Below are positions 20,155 through 29,654 of a stretch of 64,000 nucleotides of DNA, one piece after another. Under the pieces are notes generated by a model. That model was not told where the DNA came from. It saw only the letters and a list, made by a program, of their open reading frames with translations, and made no database searches. The stretch is from positions 24,240 through 88,239 of the forward strand of contig JBDRRF010000057.1 in assembly GCA_043825875.1 (NCBI GenBank). Direction: 5' to 3'. Positions within the stretch are counted from its first letter, which is position 1; each line of letters starts with the position of its first letter. The position numbers and the translations under genes are program-made. The DNA is from Pseudomonadota bacterium. Its GTDB lineage: Bacteria; Desulfobacterota; Desulfobacteria; Desulfobacterales; RPRI01.

Positions 20155-21972
20155 ATGCGGGAAAACAACTCTAAGATTAAATGGAATATTATAATTTTTA
20201 TGTTAATGGTAGCATTTATCTTTGAACATGGAACCTGTTTGGCAGTCCCTGTGACAGAACCCGTACTAAGTAATGATATGCTGACTCCTAATGAAAAGAC
20301 GCTTAAAAAAGCTTTATATTATATAAATGAAGGTAAATATGACACCGCAATTGCAATAGTAAAAGAGTTCCTTGTCGAGGAACCTGATTCTGCCGTTGCT
20401 TATGAGATACTTGGAACGGCACTGGTTAAAAAAGGAAAAATAGAAGAAGGTCTTAAAGCACTGAAAGTGGCTGCAAAACTGGACTCAAAACATAGTTCTG
20501 CCATCACTAAAATCGGTGATGTTTATATGGCCAAAAAAGAATATAAAAAGGCTAAAGAGGCGTTTGAGAAGGCAGTCAAAATTACACCATGGGATTACAG
20601 GGCGCATCAAAGGCTTGGAATACTCTATGAAAAAGAAGGCAAATATGATCAGGCAATAAGGCATTTTGAAAAAGGCATTATCGGAACCCCAAAAGAATAT
20701 GTGGGAATAAAAGTAAATCTGGGTGCATTATATAATAACTCAAATCAATTTGAAAAAACTGTGAACTTATTAAAAGATGTTGTTACAGCAAAAAATAAAA
20801 ACGCAACAGCACATTTTGTACTTGGAACCGCCTATCTGGGCTTGAAAGATACGGATGAGTCTATAAAGGAGTTTTTGATTGTTCGTAAACTTGAACCTGA
20901 AACTGAAAAGACCTATCTGTCACTTGGGATTGCTTTCAGAGAAAAGGGTGAATACAAAAAATCATTAAACGAGCTTGAAGCCTTAAAAAAGATCCAACCG
21001 AAATCTTCAACAGTATATTTTCAGATGGGGGAAACTTATTTTGCCATGAAGGACCATAAAAAAGCCCTCCATGAATACCAAAAGGCGGAAAAACTAAGTA
21101 GTAATCCGGGCCTGATAAAAAAGAGAATCGCTGATACATATATAGCACAGAAAGATTTTAATAAGGCCATTGACACATATAAGGAAATTTTAAAATCAGA
21201 GAAAGATGATCCAAAAGTATATGATTTGCTGGGGTCTGCATATCAAATGACCGGACAATTCGATCAGGCCGAAGATACATTTCAGGCTATGTGTAAAAAA
21301 TATCCTAAGGACGCTTTTTCATTTTATCGGCTTGGTCTTTTTTATGGCTTTATCAAAAAATATGATAATGCTGTCTCCCAATTTAAAAAGGCCCTTTCAT
21401 TATCTCCCGGAAGTGTTCTTATATTAAAGGCGCTTACAGTTTCTTATGTACAAAAAGGTGATACAAAAAAAGCAATCGAAACTGCAAAAAAAATTACAAG
21501 AATTCAGCCTGATAATCTGGATGATCAGTTTTATCTTGCCGCTCTATACCAGGATGCCGGAAAGAACGGCAATGCAGAAAAAATATACAGGGCGATAATC
21601 GAAAAAGACCCAAAAAATGCCCCGGTACTTAATAATCTTGCAAGTATTCTTTCCAAGACCGGCAGGTTGAAAGAGGCAAAAGATCTTGCAAAACAGGCCG
21701 TATCTGCTGCTCCTGAAAATCCTATAATACTGGATACGTTGGGATGGATTTTATTCAAACAGAAAGATAATAAGAAGTCCCTTGAAGTTCTTGATAAATC
21801 TGTTTCATTAAATCCTGACAACCCTGTTGTTCTTTATCATATTGGAGCAGTCAAACACGCATTGGGGATGGATAAAGCCGCAAAGGAAAGCATTGAAAAA
21901 GCGTTAAATATTTCCAACGATTTTAAAGAAGCAAAAGAAGCGAAAACCCTGCTAAATTTTTTGAGTAAATAA
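20155..21972 (+). CDS. Exported multi-TPR protein (PrsT-like)
   Basis: Signal peptide, many TPRs, LNNLA...ILDTLGWI C-terminal pattern. Confidence 0.8.
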   Translation: MRENNSKIKWNIIIFMLMVAFIFEHGTCLAVPVTEPVLSNDMLTPNEKTLKKALYYINEGKYDTAIAIVKEFLVEEPDSAVAYEILGTALVKKGKIEEGLKALKVAAKLDSKHSSAITKIGDVYMAKKEYKKAKEAFEKAVKITPWDYRAHQRLGILYEKEGKYDQAIRHFEKGIIGTPKEYVGIKVNLGALYNNSNQFEKTVNLLKDVVTAKNKNATAHFVLGTAYLGLKDTDESIKEFLIVRKLEPETEKTYLSLGIAFREKGEYKKSLNELEALKKIQPKSSTVYFQMGETYFAMKDHKKALHEYQKAEKLSSNPGLIKKRIADTYIAQKDFNKAIDTYKEILKSEKDDPKVYDLLGSAYQMTGQFDQAEDTFQAMCKKYPKDAFSFYRLGLFYGFIKKYDNAVSQFKKALSLSPGSVLILKALTVSYVQKGDTKKAIETAKKITRIQPDNLDDQFYLAALYQDAGKNGNAEKIYRAIIEKDPKNAPVLNNLASILSKTGRLKEAKDLAKQAVSAAPENPIILDTLGWILFKQKDNKKSLEVLDKSVSLNPDNPVVLYHIGAVKHALGMDKAAKESIEKALNISNDFKEAKEAKTLLNFLSK

Positions 21973-22170
21973 TACAGAAATATTTAAAGAATAAATATAG
22001 TAACGGATAAACACGAAAACCTCCAAAAATACTACGGCAGTATTCTTGGAGGATTGCACGATCTTAAGACTAATGCCTGTTGTTGCGATGAAAGTTCCAT
22101 GCCTTTGAATATCCGGGAAATTATAAATGAAATTGACCATGAAATAATTGACAGGTTTTATGGATGGGCA

Positions 22171-22872
22171 TTAAGTAGTACTTTTCAATATATCCATCAA
22201 TGCCTGTTGCATATCCTGCGTAACTATTTTACGGTCATGCCCGGTTGTCAACCGCTTCCCCAGAAGTATGCCGGCATCCGCTGCTCTTGCCATGACTTCC
22301 GGTTGCCTGGTTACATCCGGAATGTTTTCAGGTGTAATTTTTACACCTTTTCCGTATACCATAACAGGAATTCCTACGCCGCATGTTTCCCCATATCCGC
22401 AGGAATAACAAGCTGCAGCTCCCTGACCGCTCACTTTTGCAACTGTTTCAATAAAGCTGTACATCAAAAATCTTTCAATATCATCTGCCGGAATCTTGCC
22501 GTCCATGCCGCCAACTCCAACAGCAACGGCCAATTTTCCCCAAAGCAAATCTCCTTCCTGATGACGAAACTGATACAACCGCTCCAAAAATGCGTGAGTA
22601 ATGGCATTTAAGGTAGAATAATAATTCAGGGCCCCTATAACATATGCATCCGCATCAATGATTTTTTCACGAAGCGCTGACATATCATCTTCAACTTTGC
22701 ATATATTATCTTTGGCACACTTCAGACAGGCAATACACCCTCCTATCTTTTTGCCTCTAAGAGAAATAAGCTCATATTCTATTCCTGTGTTTTCAAGAAC
22801 GGTTTTTACCAATTTATAAACGCCTGATGTTTCATCTTTTCTTGGGCTTCCGGAAATTCCTAGTATTTTCAT
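22171..22872 (-). CDS. Flavodoxin-family iron-sulfur flavoprotein
   Basis: ISGSPRK, CIACLKC...C, extra CYSCGYGETC. Confidence 0.85.
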   Translation of the reverse strand: MKILGISGSPRKDETSGVYKLVKTVLENTGIEYELISLRGKKIGGCIACLKCAKDNICKVEDDMSALREKIIDADAYVIGALNYYSTLNAITHAFLERLYQFRHQEGDLLWGKLAVAVGVGGMDGKIPADDIERFLMYSFIETVAKVSGQGAAACYSCGYGETCGVGIPVMVYGKGVKITPENIPDVTRQPEVMARAADAGILLGKRLTTGHDRKIVTQDMQQALMDILKSTT

Positions 22873-23115
22873 AAATCAAATCCTTTCCTGATAAAAATCC
22901 AAACCTCAGTTTGTTATAAACCTGGTAAGACTTTGTGTGTTAGAATTTCTTGCTCCAATAGGTTATCCCTCTTGCCGCAGGCAATGGCTTATTGCCTGTC
23001 CGACTTCCGGGCGGCAGGTAAAACATCCTGTCCATCCTGTTAATCCTTTCTAAAACATCGGTGTGTCAATGCGTTGTATTGGGAACACTCCTCCGATATA
23101 TCACCAACTAAATTT

Positions 23116-24036
23116 TTATTGGGTTGATTCTTGAGGCTTTTCATTCTTTGATGGCTGCAAATTATGCAGTATTACCGGCATATTTGTATGAAAAAGAGCA
23201 TTTGCAGTTTTTATAAGAAACCAGAATGAGAGCAATGGCAAAATAATAACCTGAATAAGAAAAATTCCTACATACAGAAATGTAAGCCTTAATAGATTAT
23301 CGATTATATCTCCAGCATTTGCAACAGTTGCTATAAGAGCATTTTTTAGTTCCGTTGATTTTATCTTAAGAAACAATGCACTGTTTTCTATAGTTCCTAA
23401 AACACCGTCAATCTTTGGAAGTGAGAAATCTTTTATTCTATCAAGTTCGGATGAACCGGCTGACAGCTTTTGGTTTGCTTCCGATATTTGTTCCGCAAAA
23501 TAATGCGTTTGAAGATATTCATTTGCTAAAGATGATGCCGGAAGACAAAAGCGGGCAACAACAATGATTAACATAAACCTGATCAAGGTTTTCTGCAAAA
23601 AACTTAATCTTTCATTTTCAAACCATATCAATATAGACAAAACAAACAGAAATACGGAAAGGATGGGCGGCGCAACCGATACGCCGATTTCATATGCCAG
23701 TTTCTGTACCCCTAATGAAGTAATTGCCGTCACAAGCACATCGGACAAACGCTCGGTCATATCATCAATCGGGTCCAATGCCTGCCCCACAGCCAATGAT
23801 ACGCCTACCCCGGCGGGTTCCAGCTGCAAGCTTGAATCCTTTATAATCGAAACGGAAGCATTGATCACTCTGCATGTAGCATAGGCTATCCCTGCTTTGC
23901 TTATTGCTTCTCTGAAATAAGTATCAGTAGTGGCATCTAAGACAGGAAGTCTTAAACCGGATGAAAAAAACAGCAATATAGATACCATTATTCCAACACC
24001 CGACCTGATTATTTTTTGTTTTGTAGTGGTTTTCAT
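23116..24036 (-). CDS. Hypothetical membrane protein
   Basis: 306 aa, several TM segments, GQALDPIDDMTERLS; preceded by GTTAAGA. Confidence 0.75.
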   Translation of the reverse strand: MKTTTKQKIIRSGVGIMVSILLFFSSGLRLPVLDATTDTYFREAISKAGIAYATCRVINASVSIIKDSSLQLEPAGVGVSLAVGQALDPIDDMTERLSDVLVTAITSLGVQKLAYEIGVSVAPPILSVFLFVLSILIWFENERLSFLQKTLIRFMLIIVVARFCLPASSLANEYLQTHYFAEQISEANQKLSAGSSELDRIKDFSLPKIDGVLGTIENSALFLKIKSTELKNALIATVANAGDIIDNLLRLTFLYVGIFLIQVIILPLLSFWFLIKTANALFHTNMPVILHNLQPSKNEKPQESTQ

Positions 24037-24096
24037 TGTCTGCTTAAATTCCTGCGGCGATTTGATAGCAGCGGTCTGTTTAAAAGTGCCAAAACA

Positions 24097-24161
24097 TCTT
24101 AACGGCAGTGTAATTCAAAGCGCCACGGCTTTAGCCGTATGAGTATAAAGACATGTTGGCG
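24097..24161 (-). mobile_element. Degenerate attC-like site
   Basis: Minus strand CGCCAAC...ACGGCTAAAGCCGT...GTTAAGA, 65 bp, 13 bp after the yoeB stop. Confidence 0.55.
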
Positions 24162-24174
24162 GATTTGATGATTT

Positions 24175-24471
24175 TTAATAATGATAACGAGCTTGTACAA
24201 AATCGACTTTATCATGCCCAACAACATAAACCAGCCGATGTTCTTGCGTTATTCGACGGGACCAGACGCCAGATCCCAAAAACTTAAGTGGTTCAGGTTT
24301 ACCAATCCCCTGAAAAGGGTCTCGCATAATAGCCTCGATCAGTTGAAAAATACGGAGGGCTGTCTTGCGATCAGTCTCCACCCAGTAACGTACATCCTCT
24401 CTGAATTCTGGCTGAAATACAGATTCTCTCAGTTTTTTAGCACTGGATGGTTTCTTATCCTTTTTGCTCAA
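24175..24471 (-). CDS. yoeB: Txe/YoeB toxin
   Basis: PFQGIGKPEPLK, WSRRITQEHRLVY, RYHY; TTG start overlapping the antitoxin. Confidence 0.9.
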   Translation of the reverse strand: MSKKDKKPSSAKKLRESVFQPEFREDVRYWVETDRKTALRIFQLIEAIMRDPFQGIGKPEPLKFLGSGVWSRRITQEHRLVYVVGHDKVDFVQARYHY

Positions 24472-24742
24472 TGCCGACCTCATTGCGAAGATCATCAATC
24501 GTTTGAGAGGAACCTGATCCTTTGCGAACTCTGTCAAGAGCTGTAAGAAGTCTTTTTGCATTTTTAGGTGACCGAAGAAGGTGTGCCGTTTCGAGCACAC
24601 CGGCCAACTCATCGGCGGATATCATGGCGACATCTTCACATCCACGTCGCTGAATAATTACAACTTCTCTGTTCTTTGTGACTTCATCCAATAAAGAAGC
24701 CAAGCCAGCCCGAGCTTGAGTATATGTTGTTTGTATAGCCAT
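24455..24742 (-). CDS. yefM: Phd/YefM antitoxin
   Basis: TYTQARAGLASLLD, ETAHLLRSPKNA; AGGAGG RBS. Confidence 0.9.
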   Translation of the reverse strand: MAIQTTYTQARAGLASLLDEVTKNREVVIIQRRGCEDVAMISADELAGVLETAHLLRSPKNAKRLLTALDRVRKGSGSSQTIDDLRNEVGIEQKG

Positions 24743-24760
24743 ACCTGCCTCCTGTTTTTA

Positions 24761-24800
24761 TGTACAGTTGTACAGTACATGTTTTAGGCAAGCTTGTCAA
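24761..24800 (-). promoter_or_regulatory. yefM-yoeB promoter and operator
   Basis: TTGACA-17-TACTGT with repeated TGTACA palindromes, the YefM operator core. Confidence 0.7.
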
Positions 24801-24809
24801 TAGTAATGC

Positions 24810-26069
24810 TTATTGCCCAACCGAGTAGGGGTTCAGGAACTGCCGCCTCCAAAGAAGTTTCTTATCCACCTCATTCAGCTCAGCTTCCTCACAGACGGCA
24901 TCCCAATTCTGTTCGATTTCAGCAGTCAGGGCACCGAATGTTTCGCGGGCTTCTTCCTCAGAGAGAAGAAAGTTGTGCGCGGTTTCAAGGCAAGTTTTGA
25001 GTTGGCTCAGATTGTTGTCGCCGGATATGAGCATGGCTTGAGAGGCCTCATTGCCTGCGCGGCCTTGCGGACAAATGTCATAAGCAGGCGTCAGGGACAG
25101 CATTTCCCCGTCCCAAAACGCCGAATGGTTTCGCGCATGGTCGTCGGTATTTCCACAAAGAATATTAAAAACTATCCGGGAGAACAGCTCTTTCAGCGTG
25201 TGCTTCGGATCGGTAAAACGGTGGCGTATAATTTCGGCTAACGTTTCATAACTAGCGTACCGCGCCATCATATCATCTAAGCCAAGCAGAGTTAGTGCGG
25301 AGACCATAGCCTTTCGTGCCCACCTGTTACCTTTTGATACTCGGTCAAAGCGCTCGATCAAAAGTACATATTTGTTTGCCGCTGTGATCATTCTTACTGG
25401 TGCAACATTCAGCCCGGCCAATTCAGCCAGGCGCATGGCGATGAATTCAGCTTTAACTACACTGTACAGATCGGTGCTGGATGAAAACTTGGCCACGTAT
25501 TTTTTACCTTGATCTTGAATTAAGGCTTTAGGACGAGCGCCACCAATAGAGCTGCCATGAAACAACGCCTGGTCCAATTCCGGTGTTAGGGGCACTCCTT
25601 TTTCGACCCGTTCTGCAGATTCAATTAATTCTTCCATGCATACATTATTAGCGGTACGCGGTACATACTCTGTAGGGGAGCGCTGAAAATCAAGCGCGCC
25701 GATTCGGTCCGAGCCAGACTCCAACAGATAGGTCAGTTCATCCAGCTCGGCAGTATCTGTGTCTACACCTTTAAGTCCCAACTTTTTGTTGATAATTACA
25801 CGCCTGCCCCACGCATCGGGCGCTGCATCCCTGATACAGCCAGGCATTGTCAAGCCCTCGGGCAAGGGAAGAATTCCAGCCTTTAACGGCAATTCCGGTT
25901 CGTAAATGGCAATCGCCGGTTTGCTGTCACCGATACGATTCAGATAGCTTTTACCATAGTTGAACAGGAGATTATTGTTATCAGCTTCAAGCCGTCCGGC
26001 CACGACAGGCTCGGTTTCGCCCGGCAACCATATCCAGACATAGGCTTCTTTCTCGGCCTTAGAAGTCAT
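24810..26069 (-). CDS. HipA-family kinase toxin
   Basis: PDAWGR, SIGGARPK, ERFDR, NTDDHARN, LTPAYD. Confidence 0.92.
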   Translation of the reverse strand: MTSKAEKEAYVWIWLPGETEPVVAGRLEADNNNLLFNYGKSYLNRIGDSKPAIAIYEPELPLKAGILPLPEGLTMPGCIRDAAPDAWGRRVIINKKLGLKGVDTDTAELDELTYLLESGSDRIGALDFQRSPTEYVPRTANNVCMEELIESAERVEKGVPLTPELDQALFHGSSIGGARPKALIQDQGKKYVAKFSSSTDLYSVVKAEFIAMRLAELAGLNVAPVRMITAANKYVLLIERFDRVSKGNRWARKAMVSALTLLGLDDMMARYASYETLAEIIRHRFTDPKHTLKELFSRIVFNILCGNTDDHARNHSAFWDGEMLSLTPAYDICPQGRAGNEASQAMLISGDNNLSQLKTCLETAHNFLLSEEEARETFGALTAEIEQNWDAVCEEAELNEVDKKLLWRRQFLNPYSVGQ

Positions 26070-26400
26070 CTCGCACCGCTTTGGGTTTCTTGCGAACAGA
26101 TTTTGGCAGTAGTGCCAGCTTTTCCTTGGTTTGACGCAGATATTTCGTCAGCGTACTTTCATCAACATCAAAAAGTTTAACGCCAACAATGGTTGCCGCT
26201 TCGAACACAGCCCCAATTTCACATTTGAGGTTGCCTTTTTCAATGCGCTGCAGCAGTCCTCTGGAAATACCAGCGCGATCGGCCAATTCTTGAGCAGTTA
26301 GCTTGCGCTCATTACGCGCTTCTCGGATCAATGCGCCGAGCAAGACAGCCGCATCGCGGCTAGAGCGTGAGTAGGTGCGTGTGATTGACTTTGGCATCAT
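26059..26400 (-). CDS. Xre/HipB-like HTH antitoxin
   Basis: LTAQELADRAGISRGLLQRIEKG; overlaps the hipA start. Confidence 0.85.
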   Translation of the reverse strand: MMPKSITRTYSRSSRDAAVLLGALIREARNERKLTAQELADRAGISRGLLQRIEKGNLKCEIGAVFEAATIVGVKLFDVDESTLTKYLRQTKEKLALLPKSVRKKPKAVRDDF

Positions 26401-26537
26401 TTTTCCTTTGATTCGTATATAGACCATAAAATAAATTAATGATCTTTCTATGAATCAAAGCATGATAATTTTTTATCAATTTGTCAAGATAATATTGGCT
26501 TATATATAGATCTTATAGCTCTCTAATGGGCTATATA

Positions 26538-26596
26538 CAGAATCGGCGCTAATCAGTCGCTCGGCTTTGTGCGTCGGCTGATTAGCCTTGTTGCGC
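26538..26596 (-). mobile_element. attC-like site of the higBA cassette, R' disrupted
   Basis: Minus strand GCGCAAC-AAGGC-TAATCAG...CTGATTA-GCGCC-GATTCTG; higA stop lies inside. Confidence 0.7.
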
Positions 26597-26890
26597 CAAA
26601 GCCTCAGACCAAGGTTTAATGCTTTTCAGCGTGGGACCCATTGTACGCTCTGCAACTTCGGTATCATAGGCAGCTTGAGCACGCAGCCAATAACCGTTGG
26701 ATAAACCAAAGAATCGACATAACCTCAAATCGGTATCTGCCGTTATCGAACGCTTACCAGCAACAATTTCACCTATTCGTTGTGCAGGAACGCTAATTTC
26801 TTTTGCCAGACGATACTGGCTGAGCCCCATAGGTTTTAGAAATTCTTCTAACAGGATTTCACCTGGTGTAATGGGTTCAAGCTTTTTCAT
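26582..26890 (-). CDS. higA: HigA antitoxin
   Basis: PGEILLEEFLKP, ITADTDLRL, YWLRAQ. Confidence 0.92.
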   Translation of the reverse strand: MKKLEPITPGEILLEEFLKPMGLSQYRLAKEISVPAQRIGEIVAGKRSITADTDLRLCRFFGLSNGYWLRAQAAYDTEVAERTMGPTLKSIKPWSEALAQQG

Positions 26891-26902
26891 AATAGACCCT
26901 CC

Positions 26903-27181
26903 TCAGTGGTAATCAATAATTTCCACATTTTCTGCACCTCCATCCACCCAATGAAAGCAGACTCGCCACTGATCGTTGATTCGAATGCTGTATTGACCTG
27001 AACGATCACCCTTAAGTGCTTCAAGACGATTGCCGGGTGGCACCCTCAAATCATCAAGCCGGTTAGCAATTTCAAGCTGTCTAAGTTTTCGCCGTGCCAC
27101 CTTTGCAATGTTTAGGAATTGCCTGACATGTTGGCCTTGTGATAGCGCATCAGTATATTGACATTTGAATGATCTGATCAT
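26903..27181 (-). CDS. higB: HigB toxin
   Basis: LRVPPGNRLEAL, YSIRINDQWR, EIIDYH. Confidence 0.92.
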   Translation of the reverse strand: MIRSFKCQYTDALSQGQHVRQFLNIAKVARRKLRQLEIANRLDDLRVPPGNRLEALKGDRSGQYSIRINDQWRVCFHWVDGGAENVEIIDYH

Positions 27182-27188
27182 GTTCTAT

Positions 27189-27217
27189 ATAATAATGCAT
27201 TGCGTGATTAACGTCAA
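27189..27217 (-). promoter_or_regulatory. higBA sigma-70 promoter, probably leaderless
   Basis: TTGACG-17-TATTAT ending 7 nt before the ATG; no SD. Confidence 0.6.
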
Positions 27218-27240
27218 GCGTGATTGTTATAGGGCACAAC

Positions 27241-27330
27241 GAGACTGTCGAAAAAGTCCCAAATCGGTTAATTCGGTCATTTTGTATTCTATAATATCAG
27301 ATAGTTACAAATTAGAAATGGGACGCTGTT
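27241..27330. mobile_element. Probable isolated IS terminus
   Basis: GAGACTGTCGAAAAAGTC resembles IS5/IS1182-type ends; followed by an IHF-like ATCAGATAGTTA; no transposase; extent uncertain. Confidence 0.4.
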
Positions 27331-27519
27331 ATGATTTAAGGTTTAGCCTTTAATCAGAAAGTTAGATTGGCAAGAAGCGCTATATGAACTTAAAAACCTA
27401 ACAACGTTATATTTCTTCTAATTTTGAGATATTTTTTGCAATAATATATTTTGATGTTCTTTATTTATCCAACCAATATTTTACCAAAGTCGGATATATT
27501 TTCTTAAAAGACCTCATTA

Positions 27520-27807
27520 TTAGACTGGTTCTTTTGGTAGCTGTGCGCTATGCCAAACTGCAACAATCCATACAAGATCGTCTTTGATTTTATAAAAAAA
27601 GCGATACGGCGATATAATCATCTCCCGGTATGGCAGTTCCGGAAATTCAGGTATGATTCTTCCGGATTCCGGAAAGTCTTCAAGTCTTCGCAAAATTTTT
27701 TCACTTCGATTCCTAAAGTTGACTGCCGCCGAAGGTTTATCCCGTGAGATATATGATAACGCCGAAAGGAATTGATTCTTGGCAGAAGGAGTAAATTGAA
27801 CTTTCAA
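27520..27807 (-). CDS. RelE/ParE toxin
   Basis: FPESGRIIPE, YRE, YRFFY, VAVWH. Confidence 0.88.
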   Translation of the reverse strand: MKVQFTPSAKNQFLSALSYISRDKPSAAVNFRNRSEKILRRLEDFPESGRIIPEFPELPYREMIISPYRFFYKIKDDLVWIVAVWHSAQLPKEPV

Positions 27808-28085
27808 TAGGGCTCTCTATCCAAAAGGGCATCGGCTTCGGCAAGGACGGTATCTATGTCATAACCTTCACCTTTTTCTATTTCCCTATCTCCTTTGGCT
27901 AAAAGACGCAGAAGTTCTTTTTCGTGTTCAGATTTTTCATAGGCATCCACACCCATTATTACCGCTGTTGCCCGCCCTCTTTGTGTAATGATTAAGGGCT
28001 CTTTATTGTTTCGCAATTGTTTCAGCAGCTTGGCTGCATCCTGCCTCAAATCGCTTACTGGTATGATATTTGATAGTTTACCCAT
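27804..28085 (-). CDS. Phd/YefM antitoxin
   Basis: IIPVSDLR, PLIITQRGRATAV; 4-bp overlap with the toxin. Confidence 0.88.
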   Translation of the reverse strand: MGKLSNIIPVSDLRQDAAKLLKQLRNNKEPLIITQRGRATAVIMGVDAYEKSEHEKELLRLLAKGDREIEKGEGYDIDTVLAEADALLDREPY

Positions 28086-28295
28086 ATGGCACCTCCTATT
28101 GTATTTTTACATGTACCATCAAACGTCCTATAAGGCAAGCATTTATGCAACCTATATAGTATGGTCAGATACACCAACATCACAATAATTTGTCAAAATC
28201 GGATATTTTTTTGACGATGAATAAAATTTTTGATAGTCTATAGAACATATCGCAATAACCGCATCAAATTGAAAATTATTTACAAGGAAAACGAT

Positions 28296-28646
28296 ATGGC
28301 AGATACACCTTTTCCATCAAAAATTGAAAAGTTTGAAATTCAGGCTTATAAAAAGCCGAAAGATTTTAAAGCTCTTACAGAAACACATGTTCCGTTTTCA
28401 GGCTCTCCGCAGCGACACCCTTATGATGATGAAAAGATTTTACTTATTACAGACCCGTTTAGCAGCAATACAACTTATTATGAGTTTAAAAACAAAGATA
28501 TTGATTATCTGGAAGAGCTTTCAAATATTGTCGATATAAGGGGAAAAGCGATTACAATGGTTCGTATATGGATAAGAAAATTAAGTGTCGGTATTCGTTG
28601 TGCCCCCTTTATTGTTGAAGATATCCAAACCATAAAGGCAGATTAA
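28296..28646 (+). CDS. Hypothetical protein
   Basis: AAGGA RBS before ATG 28296; HVPFSGSPQRHPYD. Confidence 0.7.
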   Translation: MADTPFPSKIEKFEIQAYKKPKDFKALTETHVPFSGSPQRHPYDDEKILLITDPFSSNTTYYEFKNKDIDYLEELSNIVDIRGKAITMVRIWIRKLSVGIRCAPFIVEDIQTIKAD

Positions 28647-29630
28647 TTACCCGGTTGAGATTCTCCATAAATTGTAACCTAAATATAAAGTTACCAATAG
28701 TACTCCTTCCCGGCGCATTATTCTGTTTTTATTAGTAAGACACATAGGTAATAAAAATAGGGAAAGGAACAGCATCATCAAAAGATCATAGGTGCCGCCT
28801 TTTGCTGGAACGGGGATTGGTCGAAATGATGCGCAAAAGCCGTTGACCAGCAGAAGATTAAATATGTTTGATCCGACAACATTGCCTATGGCAATATCTG
28901 TTTGTCCCTTCCATGTAGCTATACCTGAGGTCACGAGTTCGGGCAGGCTGGTACCGATAGCAATAATTGTCAAACCAATGATTACACGTGGGACATTGAG
29001 TAATTCGGCAACCACTACCGCAGCATCTACTGCTATCTTGCCCCCGGCAACCAGAAGAATTAGTCCTGCAATGAAAAGAAATAGATTATATACAGATGCT
29101 TTAAAACTTTTTTTCTCTGTAAACTCCTCAAACTGCTGAATAAGCGGATCTGCCTTCCTTTTGCGTATAACATCACCAATGGTGTAAAACATGAAAACAC
29201 AAAAAATAAGCAGGAAAATAAGCCCATCCGAGCGGTCGTAAACATTTGGAGAGTTGCGGAGAAAAGTATCCATTCCTGCAACCAAGGCCAAAAGAGATGC
29301 AAGCACCATCATGGGAATTTCGCGTGCTATGATTACACCTTTGATAGCCAATGGCCTGATTATTGCTGAAATTCCAAGTACTAATCCAATATTGGCAATG
29401 TTTGAACCGATTATATTACCAAAAGAAATATCTGAGTTACCATTATATGCAGCCAGAAGATTAACAGACAGTTCCGGCGCACTGGTTCCAAAAGCTACTA
29501 CGGTAAGGCCTATAACAAGCGGAGAAACCCCAAGATTTTTTGCTAAAGCAGAGGCACCTCTAACAAGGATATCGCCACCGCCCAGAAGAAAGGCAAGGCC
29601 AACAAAAAGGAGAAGAAGGTTTATAGCCAC
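28647..29630 (-). CDS. Ca2+/Na+ antiporter (YrbG family)
   Basis: GTSAPE/GSNIAN and GTSLPE/GSNIFN alpha repeats. Confidence 0.92.
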   Translation of the reverse strand: MAINLLLLFVGLAFLLGGGDILVRGASALAKNLGVSPLVIGLTVVAFGTSAPELSVNLLAAYNGNSDISFGNIIGSNIANIGLVLGISAIIRPLAIKGVIIAREIPMMVLASLLALVAGMDTFLRNSPNVYDRSDGLIFLLIFCVFMFYTIGDVIRKRKADPLIQQFEEFTEKKSFKASVYNLFLFIAGLILLVAGGKIAVDAAVVVAELLNVPRVIIGLTIIAIGTSLPELVTSGIATWKGQTDIAIGNVVGSNIFNLLLVNGFCASFRPIPVPAKGGTYDLLMMLFLSLFLLPMCLTNKNRIMRREGVLLVTLYLGYNLWRISTG

Positions 29631-29654
29631 AAATACACCCCGTTAAATATACTT

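Noticed and set aside
24472..24612. Long N-terminal extension of YoeB
   Set aside because: Lies within yefM; TTG at 24471 with GAGG gives a normal length
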